A DNA stretch of 64,000 bases from an uncultured Eubacteriales bacterium (lineage in GTDB: Bacteria > Bacillota > Clostridia > Christensenellales > UBA1242): NCBI GenBank assembly GCA_900552105.1, contig URYH01000002.1:10652-74651 (forward strand). The letters run 5' to 3'. Positions 8,105-14,455 of this stretch are shown piece by piece (the first letter of the stretch is position 1; every line of letters starts with the position of its first letter). Position numbers and translations under genes: made by a program. The notes under the pieces were generated by a model. The model saw nothing but the letters and a program-made list of their open reading frames with translations, searched no databases and was not told the DNA's origin.

Positions 8105-10071
8105 GGCGTCGGCGACTTTAATTGTGTTAAAACAACATAGCCTTCGTTTTTGTTTATAAATGCTGTTGATTTTGCAACAGGAAGTCCATTTTGAGTTTTG
8201 ATTACGAGATTTTGAACATTTGGATTGACAAAATTGCTTCTTAAAATGCCATATCCCACATTTTCTAGAGTCGCACAACAATTGCAGTAATAACCCAAGC
8301 AAAAATTCATAGGGTCGTTTTTTTCAAGCCAATCAAAACCAAATTCTTTTGCATCACTTGTCAAACTCGCGTTTATATCCCCCGCAATTTGCAACCCAAG
8401 TTCAGCCAACTTTTGAGTTTGTTTTTTATACTTTTCAATGGTGTTGGTCAAATTGTTTAGATGAAAACCCAAGATGTTTGCAGGAATGTTGTTGTCGTGA
8501 TATTCTTTTATTATTCTTTTTGCTTGCTCAAAATCGTTTTGGTGCATGCCCGACCACTTTGATAGTTCATCAGCAATTTGTCGTTCTTCTTCGTTTGAAA
8601 CATCTGAAAACGCAATTTTTTCAAAAAATTCCAAAAACAACTCTACGGTTGGAATTCTATCTTTTTTCTTTGAGTGAACATCTCCGTTTTGGTCAATATG
8701 ATAATGCACAACAGCAAACATCAGTTTTCCATCTTTATTACGAAATCTTCCTCCAGGTTTAAGATCAGCATCTTGGTCACAATATTCAAGATAAATTTTG
8801 TTCAACAACAATGCATATTGATTATTTATTTTAATTTGATCAAACACAGAAACATTTGTGTTTTGATCTTTAGAAAACAAGAACTCAGAAAACTCTTTGT
8901 TTTCGCCAAGTGCTTTCCATTCTTTGAATTGCGTTGAACAATGCGTCACCTTTATTTCTTGTTTTAACAATCTTTCTTTGAGCCATTCAGTCGCTTTTTG
9001 TGCGAGTTTGCCGTCATTCGAAAAACACCCGATATCATATGCAAAGGTTAACAAACCTGTCAAATCGTCAACATCTCCCACATCTTTGACCAATGCTTGA
9101 ATTTGGTGGAAAAATTTGAAATTCGCACCACAAAAGTCATCAAATTTGCCTGCTTGTTTCAACTTGCAAATAAACGGCGTGGTGAGTTTTAAATTATTCT
9201 TTGATGCAATGTTGGCAATCTTTACATATTGCTCCAACTGGTTAAAATTTTTATCAAAACACAACAAGTCGTCCGATATTTCAAAATCAACAATGCTTTC
9301 AAAACAATTCGTCAAGTCAAAATGCTTTTTATATGCCTTCTTTTGTGGTTTTGACGAACATACAATTTCGTCATCATTTCCAATATAGATATGCCTTAAA
9401 TTACAATTTTTAAAAATACCTTCACCAAAATAACTCACTGAACTTGGAATGGTAATTCTTTCCAAAAAGTTACAGTTTTTGAAAGCAAAATCCTCAATTT
9501 CTTCCACACCAAAAGGAATGTCGACTTCAACCAAACTCGAACAATCACAAAATGCATTACTACCAATTCGCTTCAAGGATTTTGGCAATTCAATATTATT
9601 CAACAACTCACAACCTGCAAAAGCATAAGCGGAAATCGTTGTCAAACAATCCGACAATTCAACATATTGCAACCTAATGCAGTTTTGAAAAACATTTTTG
9701 TCAAGAAAATCACAACTGGACGGCATTATAAAACTTGACAAATTATAACAATTTCGAAATGTATTGGCAGCAATACATTTGATTTTGCCCATAATTTCAA
9801 CTGTTTGCAATTGTTCACAGTTTTCAAAAGCAGAATCTCCCAAATATTCCAAAGAACTTGGCAATGTCACACTTTTCAAATCAGCACAATACAAAAAAGC
9901 ACCCATATAAATTGTTTTGACTCCATTTGGCACCCTAATTTCAGAGATATCCAATCCTTCAAAACAAAAAGGGTCAAGCACTTTCACACCTTTCCAAAAT
10001 TCACTTGGATTATTTTTTAAGTCATACAAATCTTCTTTTCTCACATTTGACAAAGCATTTTTATTTCGCAT
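8101..10071 (-). CDS. BspA-type leucine-rich-repeat protein with a large uncharacterised C-terminal region and no signal peptide
   Basis: The N-terminal ~230 aa contain repeated units such as IxxxAFxxCxxLxxVxLPxSLxxIGxxAF (for example VKTIYMGAFLYCADLKSVTLPSSLEYLGDSAFENCEQLQTVEI). The remaining ~430 aa match no family I recognise. The protein contains a Cys-rich patch, FCLGYYCNCCATLENVGYG. Confidence 0.75.
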   Translation of the reverse strand: MRNKNALSNVRKEDLYDLKNNPSEFWKGVKVLDPFCFEGLDISEIRVPNGVKTIYMGAFLYCADLKSVTLPSSLEYLGDSAFENCEQLQTVEIMGKIKCIAANTFRNCYNLSSFIMPSSCDFLDKNVFQNCIRLQYVELSDCLTTISAYAFAGCELLNNIELPKSLKRIGSNAFCDCSSLVEVDIPFGVEEIEDFAFKNCNFLERITIPSSVSYFGEGIFKNCNLRHIYIGNDDEIVCSSKPQKKAYKKHFDLTNCFESIVDFEISDDLLCFDKNFNQLEQYVKIANIASKNNLKLTTPFICKLKQAGKFDDFCGANFKFFHQIQALVKDVGDVDDLTGLLTFAYDIGCFSNDGKLAQKATEWLKERLLKQEIKVTHCSTQFKEWKALGENKEFSEFLFSKDQNTNVSVFDQIKINNQYALLLNKIYLEYCDQDADLKPGGRFRNKDGKLMFAVVHYHIDQNGDVHSKKKDRIPTVELFLEFFEKIAFSDVSNEEERQIADELSKWSGMHQNDFEQAKRIIKEYHDNNIPANILGFHLNNLTNTIEKYKKQTQKLAELGLQIAGDINASLTSDAKEFGFDWLEKNDPMNFCLGYYCNCCATLENVGYGILRSNFVNPNVQNLVIKTQNGLPVAKSTAFINKNEGYVVLTQLKSPTP

Positions 10072-10094
10072 ATTTTACCTATAAAATATAGTAT

Positions 10095-10126
10095 ATAAAA
10101 AATATAACCAGTAGTCAATACTGGTT
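10095..10126 (-). terminator. intrinsic terminator after sigF
   Basis: On the minus strand, AACCAGTA-N5-TACTGGTT is followed by ATATTTTTT. The hairpin abuts the sigF stop codon. Confidence 0.6.
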
Positions 10127-10848
10127 TAGATAATTTTACTTCGTAGTTTTTCCAAAATCTTGTTTTCAAGTCTTGACACTTGAACTTGCGAAACTCCAAG
10201 TTCTTTTGCAATTTCGCTTTGCGTTTTGTCACGAAAAAAACGCATCAATATAATCTTTTTATCTCTGCTTTCAAGTTCTCGCAAAGCATCTTTGAGAAGA
10301 ATGTTATTTGTTATGTCGTCAATTTGGTCAACTTGAACAAACTTGTCAATGAGAAGTCCAGATGAGTCAGATGAATCTCCCGTTGTCGCATAAATTGAAA
10401 CTGGCATCTTGCTTGAATCCATTGTAAACACAACATCTTGTGCGTCCATTTTAAATGCTTCCGCAATATCTTCAATTTTAGGTTTTTGATGATGAATCTT
10501 TTGATATTCATCAACAAACTTGTTTATTTTGAGATTTTGTTGTTTTATCGCACGAGAAACTTTAATGCAACCATCATCTCGCATAAAACGCTTGACTTCT
10601 CCATCAATCATTGGAACAACATAAGTCGAAAACTTGACGTTGAATTTTGTGTCAAAATGATTTATTGCTTTAATAAACCCGAGGCATCCGAGTTGATATA
10701 AATCATCATATTCAACACCTTTTCCAACAAACCTTTTTATCACACATTTAACCAAAGGCGAATTTTCTTCAATAAGTGTGTTCTTTGCCGCTTCGTCACC
10801 AGCCTGAGCAAGTTTGATTAGGGCCAAAGTTTCCTCATGTCCAAGCAC
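10126..10848 (-). CDS. sigF: sporulation sigma factor SigF
   Basis: 240-aa sigma-70 family protein (YVVPMIDGEVKRFMRDDG; HTH SQSEIAKELGVSQVQVSRLE). It is the third gene of the spoIIAA-spoIIAB-sigF operon. The start codon appears to be GTG. Confidence 0.9.
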   Translation of the reverse strand: MLGHEETLALIKLAQAGDEAAKNTLIEENSPLVKCVIKRFVGKGVEYDDLYQLGCLGFIKAINHFDTKFNVKFSTYVVPMIDGEVKRFMRDDGCIKVSRAIKQQNLKINKFVDEYQKIHHQKPKIEDIAEAFKMDAQDVVFTMDSSKMPVSIYATTGDSSDSSGLLIDKFVQVDQIDDITNNILLKDALRELESRDKKIILMRFFRDKTQSEIAKELGVSQVQVSRLENKILEKLRSKII

Positions 10849-10850
10849 AC

Positions 10851-11300
10851 CTATTCCCCCGAAACTCGCTTTATTGGTTTTTCAAACACTTTTTCCATGA
10901 CGACTTTCAGTCCAGAACTCCCATTTTTTGCAAGTTCAACTTTGTTCATGAAACTTTCCATAACAGTAAATCCCATTCCGCTACGTTCTTGCTCAGGCTT
11001 TGTTGTATAGAATGGTTCCCTTGCTTTTTCAAAGTTAACAATCCCAACTCCTTTATCCATAACGCTGATAATTGCAGAACTTTCGGTAAGTTGAACCTTT
11101 ATTGTGATTTTCCCAGGCGCCTTTGGATAAGCATGAACAACACTGTTTGTCACCGCTTCAGATACTGCAGTTTTTATATCAGTGATTTCGTCAAGCGTGG
11201 GATTTGCTTGAACACAAAATGCCGCAATGCAGGATCGTGCAAATCCCTCATTAATTGATATTGCATCAAATGTGATTTCCATTTCGTTAATTACTTTCAT
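10851..11300 (-). CDS. spoIIAB: anti-sigma F factor (serine protein kinase) SpoIIAB
   Basis: 149-aa HATPase_c-type protein (AVSEAVTNSVVHAY, ERSGMGFTVME) lying between spoIIAA and sigF. Confidence 0.9.
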   Translation of the reverse strand: MKVINEMEITFDAISINEGFARSCIAAFCVQANPTLDEITDIKTAVSEAVTNSVVHAYPKAPGKITIKVQLTESSAIISVMDKGVGIVNFEKAREPFYTTKPEQERSGMGFTVMESFMNKVELAKNGSSGLKVVMEKVFEKPIKRVSGE

Positions 11301-11311
11301 ATTTTTTCTCC

Positions 11312-11620
11312 TTAACTAATCTTTGGCATGAGTTCATAGAGCCCTGTCATCTTAAATATTTTTTCTGCATGACTTGATGGATTGCAGATAAAAATTGGAA
11401 TTTTTCTGTCTTTGAGTTTTTTGTATCGCCCAATCAAAACGCCAATTCCCGTGCTATCCATAAAGTCAAGTTCAGACAAATCAATAATCACTTGATTAAA
11501 TCCATTTTCACCAAACATGTCGTCAAGTTCAATTCTCGAATGATATGCTGAGTGTTCATCAAGTTCGCCAATCAAAACAACATATAGTGTTTTGTTATAG
11601 ATTCTGTGTTTTATTTCCAT
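11312..11620 (-). CDS. spoIIAA: anti-sigma F factor antagonist SpoIIAA (STAS domain)
   Basis: 102-aa STAS fold with the phosphorylatable-serine motif DFMDSTGIGVLIG. It is the first gene of the operon. Confidence 0.9.
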   Translation of the reverse strand: MEIKHRIYNKTLYVVLIGELDEHSAYHSRIELDDMFGENGFNQVIIDLSELDFMDSTGIGVLIGRYKKLKDRKIPIFICNPSSHAEKIFKMTGLYELMPKIS

Positions 11621-11726
11621 ACCTTTCTCCTTAACACTTTCAGTCTAACACCAACGCCTTTGCAAAAAATGTCGACAAAAGCAAAGATATGACTTTTCTT
11701 GTCAAATTCAATCCAACAAATTTACG

Positions 11727-11753
11727 ACAAAAAAGCCGAGCATTTGCTCGACT
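11727..11753 (-). terminator. intrinsic terminator closing the tRNA transcription unit
   Basis: The minus strand reads GTCGAGCA-AA-TGCTCGGC followed by TTTTTT. This sequence differs from the four repeated terminators upstream of it. Confidence 0.6.
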
Positions 11754-11772
11754 TACTTAATGTATTTTCTTT

Positions 11773-12059
11773 ACAAAAAAACACCCTTTCGGGTGTGTTC
11801 TTTTGGTGGACTCCAACGAACGTTGTTTACAACACGAGAATCCCTCCCGTCCACCGTACAAAAAAACACCCTTTCGGGTGTGTTCTTTTGGTGGACTTCC
11901 CAGAACGTGTTTACAACACGAGAATCCACCCCCGTCCACTATACAAAAAAAACACCCTTTCGGGTGTGTTCTTTTGGTGGACTACTCAGAACGTGTTTAC
12001 AACACGAGAATCCTTCCCCGTCCACTATACAAAAAAACACCCTTTCGGGTGTGTTCTTT
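11773..12059 (-). repeat. tandem array with an 85/86/85-bp period: four copies of the tRNA-Tyr trailer/terminator interleaved with three 51-nt tRNA-Tyr-derived foldback units
   Basis: The block ACAAAAAAA(A)CACCCTTTCGGGTGTGTTCTTTTGGTGGAC occurs four times, with TGGTGGAC starting at 11804, 11889, 11975 and 12060. The foldback units are at 11804-11854, 11889-11939 and 11975-12025 (minus strand). Each reads GTGGACGGGG..GGATTC, then CGTG-TTGTAAA-CACG, then GTCCACCA. Confidence 0.9.
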
Positions 12060-12144
12060 TGGTGGACGGGGATGGATTCGAACCATCGAAGGCAGTGCCG
12101 GCAGATTTACAGTCTGATCCCTTTGGCCGCTCGGGAACCCGTCC
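12060..12144 (-). tRNA. tRNA-Tyr(GTA), class II long variable arm, CCA encoded
   Basis: GGACGGGTTCCCGAGCGGCCAAAGGGATCAGACTGTAAATCTGCCGGCACTGCCTTCGATGGTTCGAATCCATCCCCGTCCACCA. The acceptor stem is GGACGGG/CCCGTCC, the anticodon loop is CTGTAAA, and the T-loop is TTCGAAT. Confidence 0.95.
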
Positions 12145-12219
12145 TGGAGCTGGTGATTGGAGTCGAACCAACAACCTGCTGATTACAAATCAGCTGCTCT
12201 GCCATTGAGCCACACCAGC
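12145..12219 (-). tRNA. tRNA-Thr(TGT)
   Basis: GCTGGTGTGGCTCAATGGCAGAGCAGCTGATTTGTAATCAGCAGGTTGTTGGTTCGACTCCAATCACCAGCTCCA. The acceptor stem is GCTGGTG/CACCAGC and the anticodon loop is TTTGTAA. It abuts tRNA-Tyr with no spacer. Confidence 0.93.
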
Positions 12220-12310
12220 ATATTTTGGGCGCCTCGAGCGAAACAAATGTTTCAGTCTGTCGCCTATTTTTGTCTCGCCACTTGCGTGTCGGCGAATTAA
12301 CCTTACGGCT

Positions 12311-12394
12311 TGGTGCCTTGGGGCGGAATCGAACCACCGACTTCCGTGAGATTTTGCAATCTCGTGTCGGTGCTTCTTTTTTCACACCTAAGAC
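12311..12394 (-). pseudogene. tRNA-like pseudogene: a copy of the tRNA-Phe 3' 31 nt fused to a GCA (Cys)-type hairpin
   Basis: 12311-12341 is identical to 12396-12426, the tRNA-Phe T-arm, acceptor 3' strand and CCA. Upstream is GAGAT-TGCAAA-ATCTC (a 6/8-nt loop, not the canonical 7) flanked by CACCGAC/GTCGGTG. The 5' segment GTCTTAG can pair 6/7 with CCAAGGC, but there is no canonical D-arm. Confidence 0.6.
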
Positions 12395-12395
12395 T

Positions 12396-12471
<76 letters not shown>

Positions 12472-12495
12472 AAATTTGGAGGTTTCCCTCCATTT

Positions 12496-12572
12496 TGGCG
12501 ATCCGGATGGGGTTCGAACCCACGACCTCCAGCGTGACAGGCTGGCGTTCTAACCAACTGAACTACCGAACC
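12496..12572 (-). tRNA. tRNA-Asp(GTC)
   Basis: GGTTCGGTAGTTCAGTTGGTTAGAACGCCAGCCTGTCACGCTGGAGGTCGTGGGTTCGAACCCCATCCGGATCGCCA. The anticodon loop is CTGTCAC and the discriminator is G. Confidence 0.93.
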
Positions 12573-12639
12573 AAACGGTTTGCCGTATCTTATGAACTCT
12601 CACTCGCCCAGAAAATCCCAAGCCAAGTGAAAAATCCAA

Positions 12640-12716
12640 TGGTGGACCTTCACGGACTCGAACCGCGGACCAACCGGTTATGAGCCGGTCGCTCTAACCA
12701 ACTGAGCTAAAGGTCC
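12640..12716 (-). tRNA. tRNA with CAT anticodon (elongator type; likely lysidine-dependent tRNA-Ile2, otherwise Met)
   Basis: GGACCTTTAGCTCAGTTGGTTAGAGCGACCGGCTCATAACCGGTTGGTCCGCGGTTCGAGTCCGTGAAGGTCCACCA. It has no initiator features. The C4/C5 acceptor positions and Ile-like body suggest Ile2, but sequence alone cannot settle the identity. Confidence 0.85.
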
Positions 12717-12721
12717 ATATC

Positions 12722-12797
12722 TGGTCGGGGTGAGAAGACTTGAACTCCCGGCCCCATGGTCCCAAACCACGTGCGCTACCAACTGCGCTACACCCCG
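12722..12797 (-). tRNA. tRNA-Pro(TGG)
   Basis: CGGGGTGTAGCGCAGTTGGTAGCGCACGTGGTTTGGGACCATGGGGCCGGGAGTTCAAGTCTTCTCACCCCGACCA. The anticodon loop is TTTGGGA with G37. It is the first gene of the minus-strand tRNA unit. Confidence 0.93.
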
Positions 12798-12814
12798 ACG
12801 GATACGACTATTTG

Positions 12815-12843
12815 ATAATATAATAAAATTGATTTGATGTCAA
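12815..12843 (-). promoter_or_regulatory. sigma-A-type promoter of the minus-strand tRNA cluster
   Basis: The minus strand reads TTGACA (12838-12843) -17 nt- TATTAT (12815-12820), about 18 nt upstream of the tRNA-Pro 5' end. Confidence 0.6.
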
Positions 12844-12940
12844 CAATTATTTCAAATTTTTTCAACTTTTTTTATTAGTTGTTTTATTGTTAAATTTTCC
12901 TTCATCTTACAAATAAAAATCATCACATAATTGAAATTTG

Positions 12941-12969
12941 TTTACAAAGTTTGTAGATTGTGTTAACAT
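12941..12969 (+). promoter_or_regulatory. putative promoter of tRNA-Gly
   Basis: TTTACA (12941-12946) -17- TAACAT (12964-12969) with an extended -10 TG at 12961-12962. It lies about 10 nt upstream of the tRNA 5' end. Confidence 0.45.
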
Positions 12970-12978
12970 AATAAGCAT

Positions 12979-13052
12979 GCAGGTGTAGTTTAGTGGCAAA
13001 ACATCAGCTTCCCAAGCTGTGGTTGCGGGTTCGATTCCCGCCACTTGCTCCA
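12979..13052 (+). tRNA. tRNA-Gly(CCC), CCA encoded
   Basis: GCAGGTGTAGTTTAGTGGCAAAACATCAGCTTCCCAAGCTGTGGTTGCGGGTTCGATTCCCGCCACTTGCTCCA. The acceptor stem is GCAGGTG/CACTTGC and the anticodon loop is TTCCCAA. Confidence 0.93.
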
Positions 13053-13074
13053 AAAGACCTTTCGGTCTTTTTTT
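13053..13074 (+). terminator. intrinsic terminator after tRNA-Gly
   Basis: AGACC-TTTC-GGTCT followed by T6. Confidence 0.7.
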
Positions 13075-13235
13075 GTGGCGGCAATCTCGCAGACTTCGTC
13101 TTGCCAAGCTTTTTGCTTGTGACCCCGCAACACATTGCGGCTTGGCGCCCGTCTCTGCGGGTGCGTCAGCGGAGTCTTCTCTCCGTTCCGACTGCGTTTC
13201 CCGCCACTTGCTCCAAAAGACCGAATGGTCTTTTT
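13075..13235 (+). other. GC-rich 123-nt hairpin-rich insert followed by a second copy of the tRNA-Gly 3' end and terminator
   Basis: 13198-13222 (TTCCCGCCACTTGCTCCAAAAGACC) is identical to 13035-13059, and the terminator stem is repeated with a different loop. The insert (13075-13197) starts with GTGGCGGCAATC, which is the rc of the tRNA T-arm/acceptor region GATTCCCGCCAC with one mismatch. It holds five consecutive 4-6 bp hairpins and is far more GC-rich than its surroundings. Confidence 0.8.
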
Positions 13236-13295
13236 ATTAAAAAACCCTGAATGCAATCCAAGGTTTTCAATAACAATAAAAAAGTTAAGTTCTGT

Positions 13296-13718
13296 TTAAA
13301 CCGAAATCCAAATGAGAATCAACGCTGCCGTGCAAACAAAAATTGCAATGTCGATGCAAAGGCAAGTTATGCTTGCAACTCTAATGTTTTTGATACAAGA
13401 CTTGATGCTCAACGACAACAAAACAACAGATGTGATGAAAAATGCCAACATTGGCAACAAAATAACTGGAAAAATTGATATCAAAACCAAAAGTGCAACG
13501 GCGACAGCAATTCCCTGCTCTGGTGTTGTTGCAGAATTTGCAATGTCTGTTATAACACTTTTAAAGCAACATGTGACAACAAACATAGCAATAACAAGCA
13601 CAAAGAACACAATGCCCGCAATAAACACACCTTTCTTTGTCAACTTTTTATTTTGCAAGTCAGACGACACATTGACATCATCTCTAATTTTGTTTTCCGT
13701 TTCATTTATTTCTTCCAT
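13296..13718 (-). CDS. hypothetical membrane protein (140 aa, about 3 TM)
   Basis: An acidic N-terminus is followed by hydrophobic segments. I recognise no family. Confidence 0.5.
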   Translation of the reverse strand: MEEINETENKIRDDVNVSSDLQNKKLTKKGVFIAGIVFFVLVIAMFVVTCCFKSVITDIANSATTPEQGIAVAVALLVLISIFPVILLPMLAFFITSVVLLSLSIKSCIKNIRVASITCLCIDIAIFVCTAALILIWISV

Positions 13719-13726
13719 TTTCCCTC

Positions 13727-14455
13727 CTATAAAAGCCAGCCACCATCAACAGATATGACTTGACCAGTAATAAAGTTTGATTTTTCACTCGCCAAAAATG
13801 ACACGACACCCGCAATATCTTCAGGCGTCCCGAGTCTATTTAGCGCCGAGTTCTCTTTTATTTCCTCACGAATTTCATTGGTCACATTTTTTGTCATGTC
13901 AGTCTCAATAAAACCTGGGGCGACACAGTTGACGTTTATGCCATTTGGCCCAAACTCTTTTGCAAGCGCTTTTGTGAAGGCAATTATTGCCCCTTTTGAT
14001 GCACTATAAACACTTTCACACGAGCCCCCAACAAGTCCCCAAATTGAAGAAATGTTGATTATTTTCCCACTCTGATTTGAAAGCATTTCGCGACCGATTT
14101 GTTTGCAAGTGTTGTATGTGCCACGCATATTTGTGTCAAAAACAAAGTCGTAGTCTTGTTGAGTCGAGTCAATCAAAAGTCGTGTGTCGCTCACACCTGC
14201 CGAATTCACCAAAACATCAATAGTTCCAAATGTTTTGTTTGTGACATCAACCAATTTTTGAACCTCATCCTCGCGAGAAACATCAACTTTAACCATAATG
14301 GCTCTTGTGGTTTTCGAAATTTCGTCAAGCAAAACTTTTGCATTGTCAAAAGAATGATTATAACAAATCACAACATTATAGCCATCAAGTGCAAATTGTT
14401 TTGCAACCGCTCTGCCAATGCCTTTTGAGGCACCCGTCACAACCACAGTTTTCAT
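13727..14455 (-). CDS. short-chain dehydrogenase/reductase, FabG-like (3-oxoacyl-ACP reductase family)
   Basis: TGASKGIGRA (Rossmann motif), YSASKGA (YxxxK) and NVNCVAPGFIETDM. 242 aa. Confidence 0.85.
   Translation of the reverse strand: MKTVVVTGASKGIGRAVAKQFALDGYNVVICYNHSFDNAKVLLDEISKTTRAIMVKVDVSREDEVQKLVDVTNKTFGTIDVLVNSAGVSDTRLLIDSTQQDYDFVFDTNMRGTYNTCKQIGREMLSNQSGKIINISSIWGLVGGSCESVYSASKGAIIAFTKALAKEFGPNGINVNCVAPGFIETDMTKNVTNEIREEIKENSALNRLGTPEDIAGVVSFLASEKSNFITGQVISVDGGWLL

Noticed and set aside
11660-11730. I looked for Spo0A-box-like motifs (TGTCGAC at about 11670-11677 and TGTCGTA at rc 11723-11729) and a sigma-H promoter upstream of spoIIAA.
   Set aside because: Each motif differs from the TGNCGAA consensus by one base at the last positions, and such 7-mers are common in AT-rich DNA. 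I could not find convincing sigma-H -35/-10 elements, so I made no feature call.
11804-12025. I considered whether the 51-nt units are functional armless mini-tRNAs for Tyr.
   Set aside because: With the GUGGAC/GUCCAC pairing, only CA remains single-stranded at the 3' end. The canonical 7-bp acceptor pairing fails beyond 4 bp, and there is no D-arm or T-arm. Armless tRNAs are unknown in bacteria, so I report the units only as tRNA-derived hairpins.
11773-12059. I considered a CRISPR array because of the regular ~85-bp periodicity.
   Set aside because: The repeat is a terminator plus a tRNA 3' end, and the would-be spacers are homologous to each other and to tRNA-Tyr. There are only four copies, and no cas genes or leader are present in the window.
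12990-13256. ORFs of 73-88 aa overlap tRNA-Gly and the GC-rich insert (12990-13256 minus, 12993-13250 plus, 13019-13240 plus).
   Set aside because: Frames are open on both strands over a GC-rich hairpin region. The translations are Arg/Pro/Ser/Ala-rich, as expected from composition, and the ORFs overlap a tRNA gene.
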